64,000 bases of DNA from an uncultured Chloroflexia bacterium. Its GTDB lineage: Bacteria; Chloroflexota; Limnocylindria; Limnocylindrales; CSP1-4. Within the stretch, counting starts at the first letter, position 1. Each line of letters starts with the position of its first letter. The DNA is taken from positions 519,995 through 583,994 of the forward strand of contig CAVXEB010000004.1 of NCBI GenBank assembly GCA_963760735.1. Direction: 5' to 3'. The notes beneath the pieces are model-generated. The model did not search any database. It was given only the letters and a program-made list of their open reading frames with translations, and was not told the DNA's origin. The translations under genes and the position numbers were made by a program. Shown one piece after another: positions 30,612-40,336 of the stretch.

Positions 30612-31478
30612 ATGTCGACATCGGAGGCTCGGGTCTTCGACCCAGTCGCATACAAGAACACGACCCGCGAGCAATGGCAGACGGCCGCGGAGGCCTGGCA
30701 CCGGTGGGGGCCGACGCTGGAGGCCTGGCTTGGCCAAGCGACCCAGGCGATGCTTGACATGGCTGGCGTCAAGGGCGGCGCTCGGGTCCTTGACGTGGCC
30801 GCGGGTGCGGGCGGGCAGACGGTCGCGGCGGCCCGACGGGTCGGGCCGAGCGGGACAGTTCTTGCCACCGACATCTCCCCTGCGATCCTGGGATATGCGC
30901 AGGCTGAGGCCTCGACGGCCGGACTGTCGAACGTGACGACCCGGGTGACGGACGGCGAGGACCTCGAGGTGGAGCCGGGATCGTTCGATGCCGTGATCTC
31001 GCGCCTCGGACTGATGTATTTCCCCGACCTGCAAAAGGCACTCCGGGAGATGCGCCGCGCATTGCGCGAGGGCGGACGGGTCGCGGCCATCGTCTACTCG
31101 ACGCCCGAACGCAATCCGTTCAACTCGATCCCGATGTCGATCATCAGGCGACGTGCCGCGCTACCGCCGCTGCTGCCCGGACAGCCTGGGCCGTTCCGCC
31201 TCGGGGCGCCGGGCGTGGTCGCGGCCGCCTTGGAGACCGCCGGCTTTCATGACGTCGAGACCCGCCTGGTCGACTCGTTACTTCGGCTGACGTCAGCCGC
31301 CGAGTGTGTTCGATTCGAGCGAGAGTCGTTCGGAGCGCTGCGCCAGATGCTCTCCGGCTTGTCCGAGTCCAAGCGCAACGAGGCCTGGGTCGAGATCGAA
31401 ACGGCGTTGGCCACGTTCGAGGGTCCACACGGTTTCGTTGGGCCGTGCCAGCTGGTCGTCGCCGCAGGGATCAGGTAG
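30612..31478 (+). CDS. Class I SAM-dependent methyltransferase
   Basis: GGGAGGAGG RBS; VLDVAAGAGGQTVAAARRVGPSGTVLATDIS (motif I) ... ISRLGLMYFPD. Confidence 0.65.
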   Translation: MSTSEARVFDPVAYKNTTREQWQTAAEAWHRWGPTLEAWLGQATQAMLDMAGVKGGARVLDVAAGAGGQTVAAARRVGPSGTVLATDISPAILGYAQAEASTAGLSNVTTRVTDGEDLEVEPGSFDAVISRLGLMYFPDLQKALREMRRALREGGRVAAIVYSTPERNPFNSIPMSIIRRRAALPPLLPGQPGPFRLGAPGVVAAALETAGFHDVETRLVDSLLRLTSAAECVRFERESFGALRQMLSGLSESKRNEAWVEIETALATFEGPHGFVGPCQLVVAAGIR

Positions 31479-31590
31479 CCCGGCAACGATGGCAGAGTGC
31501 GAGCTCGGCGCGGACGCGATCCGTCTCCGACTCGACGCTACCGCCCGTCATCGAGCTCAACGGGCAACGCTGCTGAGTTTGGTTGGGGCG

Positions 31591-31930
31591 AGAGGCATAG
31601 CCCCGCCACCACCGACCTTCCGATCACGATGCGGCTCGCCGAGCCTCCGGAGCCGTTCGACTGGCTCAGAAGCGCATGACGCGACGGTCCCCTCGCGACG
31701 GCGCCGATCGCGCGACCGAGCGCGAGGTCGGCGTGGTCGCGGCTGTTCTTGTTGCCGGGTCGGAGAAGGCGGCCGCCCACCGCCTCGGTCTCTCGCACTC
31801 GACCGTGAAGCACCACCTAGCGAACGCGCGATTGAAGGTCAGGGCGGCGACCATGGCGCAGCTCATCTGGATCCTGGCGGCCCGGCTGCCGGAGCCCGCA
31901 AGCCGAGTGGAGACGGACGAGTAGCGATCC
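31591..31930. repeat. Repeat-family copy 2 (leader/uORF + small LuxR gene)
   Basis: gaggcatagccccgccaccaccgaccttccgatcacgatgcggctcgccgagcctccggagcc... is near-identical to 23770-23860 and 47231-47320. Confidence 0.6.
31676..31924 (+). CDS. Small LuxR/GerE-type HTH regulator (cassette copy 2)
   Basis: EREVGVVAAVLVAGSEKAAAHRLGLSHSTVKHHLANARLKV. Confidence 0.55.
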   Translation: MTRRSPRDGADRATEREVGVVAAVLVAGSEKAAAHRLGLSHSTVKHHLANARLKVRAATMAQLIWILAARLPEPASRVETDE

Positions 31931-31978
31931 GCTCGACGTCGGTCTCGGCGCGGGAACGACGGGGTGTAGCCTGCGGCC

Positions 31979-32545
31979 ATGGACTTCGGATTCACGCTCA
32001 AGCCTGACCAGGGCATCGAACGGGGACGAGGAGGCACAGGTGGAGGACTGGCCCGGCTCAAGGTCGCGACCGTCGCCGAGGCGACGCGGTCCGCTCCAGA
32101 GGGCAGCGACGTCCTGGCGCGGGCCCGCATCAGCAGGGAGCGGGACCAAGCGGCGCTCCGGTTCGCGAAGGATCGCGACCTCGGTCGGCTGGAGGCGACG
32201 ATGGCGCGCCTCGACGCCGAGGCAGAGGCGGCGGTGGTCCGCCCGTCACGGGTCCCGACCGCAGCCGAGGCGCGCGCGTACCTCGAGTCGCTGCCGGAGC
32301 CGTGGGCAAAGACATCGGACGCCGGGCGGCACGCGATCGCAGAGGCCGTGTTCGAGCGGATCGACGTCCTGGGGGTGACCGACTACACGCTCACGCTGAC
32401 CGCTCGCGCGACGGCCCACGGATGGGATGTGGCCTTCGGGGCCGGCGTCGTACGCGCGACAGAAGGTCGATCTGGTCGGGGCGAGACGGACCAGACCCCG
32501 CGGAACCTACCTCATCAAGCCGGGCCGACCACCCGCTCCTCGTAA
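31979..32545 (+). pseudogene. C-terminal fragment of a large serine recombinase (coiled-coil/C-terminal region only)
   Basis: ...ATMARLDAEAEAAVVRPSRVP ... HAIAEAVFERIDVLGVTDYTLTLT; no catalytic, recombinase or zinc-ribbon domains upstream. Confidence 0.4.
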
Positions 32546-32651
32546 CGGCGCTCCTGCTCGCAACCCTTCACCTCCGTGACGAGATTGAAGGCGTATGGCG
32601 ATGATGCTGGCGTATTCCTTCATTGTCGATGCGCACATGAAGGGTGGCCGG

Positions 32652-34198
32652 TCAGGACGTCACCGGATGGTCGCCGCGTGCCGCGGGCTCGAGCCGCAGC
32701 ATCGACCACGAGACCGGGGGCAGCGTCACCGGGTGCAGGCCGTCGATCGCGGCGGCCGGCGACACGCGCCGAGGCTCGACGCGGGTTGGGGCGTCGGTCG
32801 TGTTCCGCGCGTGCGGATCGTCGTCAGCCAGGACGACGTGCTCGACGATCTGCATGGGGCCGAGGCCATCCAGGGCGAGTTCGAGCGTGACCGGCTCCGC
32901 GGCATCGCGGTTCACGAGGAACACCGACACGGCATCCGAGGCCGCGTCGTACGTCGCGACGCCGTCCACGGCGGGGACGGGTCCGTGCTCAGCGGTGTCG
33001 ACCATCGGCACCTCGAGCACCAGCGGCACCACGGTCCCCCTGGCGTGGCGGGCGGTCAGCGAGAACGGGAAGAACGTGGTCTGGCGCCATGCCGGCCCGC
33101 CCGCCTCCGCGTGGATCGGCGAGATCACGTTGACGAGCTGGGCGAGGCAGGCGCACGTCACCCGGTCCGCGTGGCGGAGCAGCGAGATCAGCAGGGCGCC
33201 CACGACGACGGCGTCGGCGACCGAGTAGTCGTCCTCGGCCAGGCTTGGCGCCACCGGCCAGTCGCCCGGGAGTGGCTGCGCCTGGAAGCGGCGCAGGTAC
33301 CAGACGTTCCATTCGTCCACCGAGACCTGGATCCGCTTGGCGCTGCCCAGCGCGTCACCGACGCTATCGGCCGCCTCGACCACCGCGTCGATGAACCGGT
33401 CCAGCACGACGCCGGAGGCCAGGAAGCTGGCGAGATCACCGGCCTCGCCCTCCTCGAAGTACGCGTGCAGGGACACGTAGTCGACGAGGTCGTAGGCGTG
33501 CTGAAGGACCGTCCGCTCCCACTCGATGAAGGTGGGCATCCAGCCGCCCGAGCTGCCGCAGGCGACCAGCTCGAGTCCGGGGTCAACCATGCGCATCGCT
33601 CGCGCGGTCTCGGCGGCGAGGCGCCCGTACTCGCCCGCGGTCTTGTGCCCGAGCTGCCACGGCCCATCCATCTCGTTGCCCAGGCACCACATCCGAATGT
33701 CGTACGGCGCGGCGCTCCCGTTGACGGGGCGCTCGTCCGACCGCGTCGTGCCGCCGGGTACGTTCGTGTACTCGAGGAGCGCGACCGCCTCGTCCACGCC
33801 GTGCGTCCCGAGGTTGACCGCCAGCATCGGCTCCACGCCTGCCCGCGCGGCCCAGCGCACGAACTCGTCGAGGCCGAACTCGTTGGTCTCCGTCGAGTGC
33901 CAGGCGAGGTTCAGCCGGCGCGGTCGCGCCGCGGGAGGTCCCACCCCATCCTCCCAGCGATAGCCGGATACGAAGTTGCCGCCTGGATAGCGCACGATGG
34001 TGACGCCCAGCTCGCGGACGAGGTCAAGGACGTCCTCGCGGAACCCTGCGGCGTCGGCGCGTGGGTGGCCGGGCTCATAGATGCCGGTGTAGACGGACCG
34101 GCCCATGTGCTCGACAAAGGAGCCGAAGAGGCGGCGATGCACCTCGCCGATGGGTTCGCCGATCCGGATCGTCGCTCTGGCCTTCACCAATCGATCCA
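32652..34198 (-). CDS. GH51 alpha-L-arabinofuranosidase
   Basis: FGSFVEHMGRSVYTGIYEP ... IVRYPGGNFVSGYRWEDGVGP ... MWCLGNEMDGPWQLG (catalytic acid/base Glu context); GTG start ~34186-34198. Confidence 0.65.
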
Positions 34199-34200
34199 CA

Positions 34201-34680
34201 TCAGGCGCCTCCCGGCGATGCGGCCTTGATGGCGGGGTGCGTGTCGATGATCCCGGCCAACGCGAAGAACCCGACGTATGAGATGCCGTAGATGCCGACC
34301 CGTCCGTTGTGGTTCGGCACGTGCGCGAGCAGCCAGTCGATCGTGTCGCGCGTGTCGGTGCTCTCGTCGACGTCATCCGGGCCCCTGGCCGGCAAGTGTG
34401 GCCGCACGTGCGTGAACTTGCCCTCCGACATCAGCCGTCCGCGTACGTCCTGCCGCACGAAGATGTAGCGCGCCTCGAGGAGTGCCCCGGTCTGACGCCC
34501 GATCGGCACGTCCTCGTCCGGTCCGTACGGCCCAAGCCCGAACGGCGTCCGCATGAGCAGGATCGGGTACGGGCGGGCGTCGTCCTTCGGCACCAGGACG
34601 GACGTGAAGAGCCGAACGCCGTCTCGCATCGGGATCCGGTGCTCGTACTTCGTGTAGTGTCCGCGGACATCGAACGTCAT
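34201..34680 (-). pseudogene. N-terminal ~160-aa fragment of a CocE/NonD (S15 X-Pro dipeptidyl-peptidase-like) hydrolase
   Basis: MTFDVRGHYTKYEHRIPMRDGVRLFTSVLVPKD ... GIYGISYVGFF then stop; full-length members of this family are ~550 aa. Confidence 0.4.
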
Positions 34681-34810
34681 CGGTTCTCCCCAACTGATGG
34701 CGGGCCTCGCGGCGCGCCGCAAGGATAGGCGCCGCGGGGGGGTAGCTGTCGCGCAGAACGGGGATGCTCACGACAGACGCGAGCACGGCGAGGAGACAAC
34801 GAGCGTGCGC

Positions 34811-35590
34811 ATGCCGAAGCCGCTGACTGGATCAGTTCTCTCGCGGCTGGCCGCGGAGGCGCTGGCGACCTACCTCGGCCAGGCGGAGGCGTTCGAGCTC
34901 GCGATGCACCCGGGGTGTTGCCTGGTGCTCTCCGGCGAACCCGTCGCCGACTTGAACTACCTCGTGGCAGGCCGAGGCGCCGCGGATGGTGATCACTTTG
35001 CCGCAGCCTGCATGAGCGGCATCTCGCGCGGCCTCCCGTTCCTTGCCATCGTCTTTCCGGAGGCCGGTGACAGTGTCGAGCGGACCGCGGGCGACCTCGG
35101 GCTCGTCCACGTCGTGGATTTTCCGTTCATGGTGCGCGACGGCGTCGCGATCGAGCCCGAGGGAAACGACTCCGTCATCGTGCGGCGCGCGGACGGGCCT
35201 GGCGATGCGGAAGCCAACGTGACCGTGCTGAGTTCGGCATTTGCGATCCCTGAGGATCCCGTCCGGCGCGTGCTGCCGGCGTCACTGGCTGACAGCCCGA
35301 ACGTCGACATCTTCCTTGCCTCGATCGACGACGAAGTGGTCGGAACCGTCACCCTCATTCATCAGGGCGACACATCCGCTATCTGGTCGATGGCAACCGA
35401 CGCTGGTCGTCAGCGTTCCGGGATCGGCCGGCGGCTGTTGTCGACGGCGATGGCTGAGGCTCGGACCCGGGGGACAGACCGCTTCTACCTGGGTGCGACG
35501 CCGGCTGGCTATCGGCTGTACGAGAGCCTTGGCTTCACGACCCGTACCACAGCGAGGGTCTGGGCATCGGGCGAGACGCACCAGGCCTGA
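34811..35590 (+). CDS. GNAT-family N-acetyltransferase
   Basis: VVGTVTLIHQGDTSAIWSMATDAGRQRSGIGRRLLSTAMAEAR (acetyl-CoA binding motif A). Confidence 0.6.
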   Translation: MPKPLTGSVLSRLAAEALATYLGQAEAFELAMHPGCCLVLSGEPVADLNYLVAGRGAADGDHFAAACMSGISRGLPFLAIVFPEAGDSVERTAGDLGLVHVVDFPFMVRDGVAIEPEGNDSVIVRRADGPGDAEANVTVLSSAFAIPEDPVRRVLPASLADSPNVDIFLASIDDEVVGTVTLIHQGDTSAIWSMATDAGRQRSGIGRRLLSTAMAEARTRGTDRFYLGATPAGYRLYESLGFTTRTTARVWASGETHQA

Positions 35591-35714
35591 CCTGGGTGTT
35601 CGGGAGAACAGGCCCTGCGCACAGGGGGCGACCGAGGAGCGCGAAACGGAAGTTTCCGGTGACCTCCCGGAGCACCGCTCGACGATCATGTAGGTTTGGT
35701 CGGGGCGAGAGGAG

Positions 35715-36266
35715 TCAGGGCGACGATTTCGATGGCGCCTTAGCGGTGCGTGCCGACTTCCTTGCGTCACCCCTAGGGAGCCCGCGCTTGGCCAGGGCGG
35801 CGGCGAAGCCCTCGATGTCCTCGACTGTCAGATAGAGGGCCGGGACTCGGACGCCCAGCTGAGAGACTGGTTCCCTGAAGTCGATCCGAACGCCTCCCCG
35901 ATTCGTGCCGCCGAATGAGGTCGTGGTCGCGGACGCTAAAGCGGACGCCGATCGCGGTGATCCATCGCCAGGGGCCCATCGATGCGCCAAGAGGCGAGGT
36001 TGCTCGTCGGTGTTGCGGACCATCCGGCTCCCGATAACACTCGACGATGCGGTCGCGGCAGTCGTCGGGCTCCTCGGCTCCGGAGAGAGGCCCGTCCGCT
36101 GAATCGCGGACGGTCCAGCTCGAACTGCCCAGTAACCTGTCGGCCCATTCGTTCGGCACCTAACGGCTAACGCGCTCGGCGCGCACACCCTGCATGACCG
36201 CGCTGCGAGCGGTGGGACGAGGCGACCGCCGATGTAGCCGCTGGTGCCGACGACGAGGATCCGCAT
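35715..36266 (-). pseudogene. Gene remnants: N-terminal 25 codons of an NAD(P)-binding epimerase-like protein joined to non-coding-like sequence and a glyoxalase-like C-terminal fragment
   Basis: MRILVVGTSGYIGGRLVPPLAA then Arg/Ser junk; ...GVRIDFREPVSQLGVRVPALYLTVEDIEGFAAALAKRG. Confidence 0.25.
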
Positions 36267-36284
36267 GACGTCCCTTGTCGAGAC

Positions 36285-37154
36285 CTACGCCAGGAACCGG
36301 TCGATCACGGCCGCGGTCTCATCCGGCTGCTCCAGCTGGGGGAGATCCCCGGCGTGCTCGATCGTGATCCGTTCGAGGGTGCCGTTCGCAGCGACGAGCG
36401 CTTCCGCGGCCGCGGGGTCGGTGAAGCGCGGATGATCCCCGAAGACGAGAAGCGTCCGGTTCGAGAGGCGCCGGTAGGCGCCCTCCGCTCGAGGATCGTT
36501 GAGTAGCCCGGCGACGAACGCCAGCGGAGCCCGGTAGGCACCTGGCTGCTGGCAGCTTCGCCAGCAGTACCGCTCGTACTCCGTTGGGACTTGCTCCGGA
36601 TCCGCGAAGGTCTGCCGAAGGAACCAGCGGATCACCTGGCGCCGAGCGAGGACCGCGAAGAGCAGCCGCCCGATCCCCGTCAGGCGAAGGAACCGGTGGA
36701 TGTTCCGGGAGGTTCGCCCAGCGCTGCCCTTGAAGCGGCCGAATCCGGTCGGACTGATCAGGACGATGCCGCCGAACCGCTCCGGATGCTCCGCGGCGGC
36801 GACGACGACATACTGCCCCGGCAACGAGAGCGCGACGACCTCGATCGAGGCCTCGCCCGGCTGCAGGGCGGCAAGCCGGATGCGCTCGAGCTGCTCGCCG
36901 AAGAGAGCCCAGCCGTACGGCGCGTCGGGCCGATCCGATGTGCCGAATCCGAGCCAGTCGACGAGCACGACCCGCCGGTGTTCGGCCAGCCGCGACGCCA
37001 GCGGCGCGAGCTCGATGCCCGAACCGGCCGCGTTGAAACTATGCAGGAGCAAGACCGTCCGACCCTCGCCCAGCTGGTAGGCGCTGACCCGGCCGGCAGC
37101 GGTCTGGACGTCAAACGGGACACCCGCGACGGGAGCGGGCAGGGACTGCGTCAT
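36285..37154 (-). CDS. Alpha/beta-hydrolase fold protein; last gene of the HeR operon
   Basis: TVLLLHSF ... VVLVDWLGFGTSDRP ... IVLISPTGFG; ATGA overlap with the upstream regulator. Confidence 0.6.
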   Translation of the reverse strand: MTQSLPAPVAGVPFDVQTAAGRVSAYQLGEGRTVLLLHSFNAAGSGIELAPLASRLAEHRRVVLVDWLGFGTSDRPDAPYGWALFGEQLERIRLAALQPGEASIEVVALSLPGQYVVVAAAEHPERFGGIVLISPTGFGRFKGSAGRTSRNIHRFLRLTGIGRLLFAVLARRQVIRWFLRQTFADPEQVPTEYERYCWRSCQQPGAYRAPLAFVAGLLNDPRAEGAYRRLSNRTLLVFGDHPRFTDPAAAEALVAANGTLERITIEHAGDLPQLEQPDETAAVIDRFLA

Positions 37155-37999
37155 GCCCGTGCCCTGAGCGCTTCGATCAGGTCGCCGAGCCCTCGCGGAT
37201 CCGCGACCCACCCGTCCGCACCGAGATCGAGCGCCACGCGTTCGTCCGGAACCGCGTTTCCGCCGACCAGGCGCGGAACCGACGGTCGTTCCCGACGCGC
37301 GGCGGCCAGGAGGCGTCCGGCTGCCGGACGCCTCTCGATGTCGACGACACTCACGACGACCGCCGCGAGAGATCCCGCATCGCGCATGGCAGCGACAAGG
37401 GACGCCGTCGGCGTGTCGGGGCCCAGGTTGAGGACCTCGTATCCGGTGTCGGTAAGGATGTCGGCGAGCATCGCGACCCCGAGTCCGTGACGCTCACCGG
37501 GCGGCATCGCCACGATGACGACGCCCTTCTTGCGGCCCGCGTGCACGAACCGGGGGCCCAGCCGTCCGATCAGCGTCGCCGCCACACTGCTCGCGAGATG
37601 CTCCTGGTCGACGGAGACGCGACCCGATTTCCACGACGCCCCGATGGAGTGCAGCGACGGCGCAAGGATGCGGACATGGATCTCGCCTGGCTCGAATCCC
37701 GAGGCCATGGCAGCCTCGATGACCTGCCAGCTACCCGCGACGTCACCACCGAGCATCCGCGCCTGAAGTCGTTCCTGCCAGATCGATACTCGCGGATGGC
37801 TGCCCCCGCGACGGCGGCGACCACGGTCCGGCGTTGTTGTCGCCTGCTCGAGATCGGCAGGATCGACCAACCACGTGCCGCCGATCTTGCGGGCCGGCAG
37901 GATCCCCAGCCGGACGCGACGGTAGACCGTCATGTAGTGGACGCCGAGGCGATCGGCCGCTTCGTGCAGGCTCAGATGGTGGGACGGGTCCGGCGGCAT
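37151..37999 (-). CDS. CarH/LitR-like photoregulator: MerR-type HTH + cobalamin (B12)-binding domain
   Basis: LSLHEAADRLGVHYMTVYRRVRLGILPARKIGGTWLV (MerR HTH); GKKGVVIVAMPPGERHGLGVAMLADILTDTGYEVLNLG with the E-x-H-x-x-G B12 lower-ligand motif; its start overlaps the HeR stop. Confidence 0.6.
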   Translation of the reverse strand: MPPDPSHHLSLHEAADRLGVHYMTVYRRVRLGILPARKIGGTWLVDPADLEQATTTPDRGRRRRGGSHPRVSIWQERLQARMLGGDVAGSWQVIEAAMASGFEPGEIHVRILAPSLHSIGASWKSGRVSVDQEHLASSVAATLIGRLGPRFVHAGRKKGVVIVAMPPGERHGLGVAMLADILTDTGYEVLNLGPDTPTASLVAAMRDAGSLAAVVVSVVDIERRPAAGRLLAAARRERPSVPRLVGGNAVPDERVALDLGADGWVADPRGLGDLIEALRARA

Positions 38000-38805
38000 C
38001 AGCCCGCCAGGGTTCCTGCGAACACCTGCCAGGCGAGCGCCGACTTCGCGACCAGGCTGAGCATGAAATAGGCCCTCTCGCCGAAGACGTACGCCTTCCA
38101 GGGACCGATCCGCCGGTACTGGAGCCACATGTTAAGCGCGAAGATGTTGAAGAAGACGAAGAGCGAGACGAAGATCGCGTAGACGAAGGCGGGCGGCTCG
38201 GCAGTGCTACCGGGCGACCAAAGGTAGACGCCGACGGCCAGCCACGGCGCGATGCCCACGACGCACCCGAGCCAGAACGGCCACAGTGAGCCTCCCGGTC
38301 GCTCGTATCGTTCCTGGACCGCTCCGAAGAAGATCATGGCCGCGTTGGCCGCGAAGATGCCGATCAGCGCCGCGACATCGCTGATCCCGGTGAGCATCGC
38401 GATGAGCACGATCATCACCGACGATGAGAGCGAGTACTCGGCCCAGCGAAAGTAGTTGTGCTGCGCAGTCAGGCCGGAGGTGTAGCGCCCGAAGACGCCG
38501 GGCAGCACCACGAGCCAGTGGAAGACGGCCGACAGCAGCAGGAACAGGGCGACGCCCCACGCCACGGAGACTTCGAACAGGGTGGTCGGCGCGCCGGCCG
38601 CAGTGCCCGGCGGCCCCTCCATGAACGTCGCCGTGACCGGCAGCGCGAAGGCCGTGGCGAGTGCGAGGACGGCGACGGCCTGGGCGGCATGGATGAGGCC
38701 GAGTCCGAGGTTCCAGCGCCGCAGGGAGGCAGCCCGCGAAGCCGGGAGCTCCACCATCGGGGTGGAGATGAGCTGGTTGCTGGCGATCACGATGTTGTCC
38801 TTCAC
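37999..38805 (-). CDS. Heliorhodopsin (inverted-topology retinal protein)
   Basis: FRWAEYSLSSSVMIVLIAM (counter-ion Glu helix) and GERAYFMLSLVAKSALAWQVFAGTL (Schiff-base Lys). Both align almost residue-for-residue with heliorhodopsin 48C12 as I recall it. Confidence 0.8.
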   Translation of the reverse strand: MKDNIVIASNQLISTPMVELPASRAASLRRWNLGLGLIHAAQAVAVLALATAFALPVTATFMEGPPGTAAGAPTTLFEVSVAWGVALFLLLSAVFHWLVVLPGVFGRYTSGLTAQHNYFRWAEYSLSSSVMIVLIAMLTGISDVAALIGIFAANAAMIFFGAVQERYERPGGSLWPFWLGCVVGIAPWLAVGVYLWSPGSTAEPPAFVYAIFVSLFVFFNIFALNMWLQYRRIGPWKAYVFGERAYFMLSLVAKSALAWQVFAGTLAG

Positions 38806-38813
38806 GGGACGAG

Positions 38814-38846
38814 GGTGGGGCCTGGAGGAGAGACAGGCCCCACCCT
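38814..38846. terminator. 10-bp perfect inverted repeat (gggtggggcc ... ggccccaccc). It could be a fasciclin-gene terminator or an operator at the HeR promoter.
   Basis: Located in the 65-bp gap between the fasciclin stop and the HeR start. Confidence 0.3.
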
Positions 38847-38870
38847 CGGGTGGAATGGGTCGCGGGAGGG

Positions 38871-39452
38871 TCAGTTCGAGGGCGGCAGGATGACCTTGTC
38901 GATGACGTGGATGACGCCATTCGACGCCATCAAATCGGGCGTCACGACCTTGGCGCTGTCGTTCAGATAGACGGTTCCGTCCTTGACGGAGATGGCGACG
39001 GGCGATCCTTCGACCGACGTGGCTGACGTGAGTCCGACGACCTTGTCAGCGGTGACTGAACCCGAAACGACGTGGTACAGCAGGACCTTCTTGAGCGCGG
39101 CTGGATCCTTGAGGAGGCCGTCGAGCGTGCCGGCCGGCAGTGCGGCAAAGGCCGCATCGGTCGGTGCGAACACGGTGAAGGGACCCTTGCCCTGGAGCGT
39201 CTCCACGAGGCCGGCAGCCTGGACCGCCGTCAGCAGGGTCTTGAACGAGCCAGCCTCGGTGGCGGTCTCGACGATGTCCTTGGCCATGGCAGCAGCCGAA
39301 GCCGAAGGCGCGATGCTCGGCGATGTGGCAGCGGTGGATGCCGGGGTCGCCGTGGGAGCGGTGGTGGGCGCCGCGCTCGGTGAGGCCGCGCTGGAGCAGG
39401 CCGCGATCGCGATGGCGAGCGCTGGCACGAGGAGGGCGATGGATTGTTTCAT
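38871..39452 (-). CDS. Fasciclin (FAS1) domain lipoprotein
   Basis: [21 protein letters not shown] lipobox; [14 protein letters not shown] ... [13 protein letters not shown]. Confidence 0.7.
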   Translation of the reverse strand: MKQSIALLVPALAIAIAACSSAASPSAAPTTAPTATPASTAATSPSIAPSASAAAMAKDIVETATEAGSFKTLLTAVQAAGLVETLQGKGPFTVFAPTDAAFAALPAGTLDGLLKDPAALKKVLLYHVVSGSVTADKVVGLTSATSVEGSPVAISVKDGTVYLNDSAKVVTPDLMASNGVIHVIDKVILPPSN

Positions 39453-39500
39453 GACTAATGACTTCCCTTCAGGCTTCGGACTGGATGTTGTCGGGTCGGG

Positions 39501-40024
39501 TTGACTCGACATGCCGAATTATTTAGCACTAAATCCAGATTGTCAAGCACGGATCTGAGGGAGTGCCTGCTGGACGAAGGCATGACCTACGACAAGATCG
39601 TCGCCGCAACCGGCATCTGCGAGAACAAGTCCAGCCTGGCCGCGATCCTCGCCAACCCGATCTATCGCGGCGTTCGCGTCTTCAACCGTGCTCACGCAGC
39701 GCCGGCCCGAGAGCTTCCGAGCGGATCAACGTCGAGATCGAGGCGGTTGCGGCCGAGCTTGAAGCGGCCCAGGCGAGAATCGCCGAGCTGGACCAGGCGG
39801 AGCGGCCACTCCGGATCACAACGAAGCTCGTTCGGCCGACGATCGACGACATGAACGGGATCCTCGACCACGCGCCGTTGGCGACGCGGGTGGAGTGGGT
39901 CCGAGACCTGTTCGAGCGGATCGACGTCGACAGTCGCGACGAGAAGGCTGTCGCCGTCTGGAGGGCCGCGACCGACGAGGGTGTTAACCGGTCGGATTCC
40001 GTATACGAGTGGATCCGGCGGTAG
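39501..40024 (+). pseudogene. Large serine recombinase C-terminal fragment, frameshifted (~39700). It abuts tRNA-like fragment B.
   Basis: Frame 3: LAAILANPIYRGVRVFNR; frame 2: INVEIEAVAAELEAAQARIAELDQAERPLRITTKLV ... VEWVRDLFERIDVDSRDEKAVAVW. Confidence 0.4.
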
Positions 40025-40055
40025 GACTCGAACCTACGACCAAGCGCTCCGGCCA
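40011..40055 (-). other. tRNA 3'-half-like fragment, copy B (candidate att core)
   Basis: rc = ggtc-GTAGG-TTCGAGT-CCTAC-cgccgga-t-CCA. It is a direct repeat of 8393-8437 with compensatory T-stem changes. No 5' half could be folded from the downstream sequence. Confidence 0.4.
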
Positions 40056-40336
40056 GAGCGACGTGCTCCCGTGCGTGGAGCACCAACCGTAGGGGCCTCC
40101 GTTAGTTGCACAGTTTCCGCGACGGCCCTCGGCCTGGCCCACGATGTCCCACGGACGCTCTGCCGCCACTCGAGCTGCTGCCCAAGCGTCGACGTCGCGC
40201 CCGGACTGCCCAGCGTGCGCCAGACACGCATGACTGGCGAACAAGGCCGTTACCTGACCACGAGAGCCGGTGCGCGGAAGGTGGCCTTGGCGTTGGCCGC
40301 CGGTGGCGTATCGACCTCGTTGTTAATCTTCGGGCC

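Noticed and set aside
8377-40100. Shared 10-mer ggcctccgtt near both tRNA-like fragments
   Set aside because: Too short and differently positioned relative to the repeats; probably chance.
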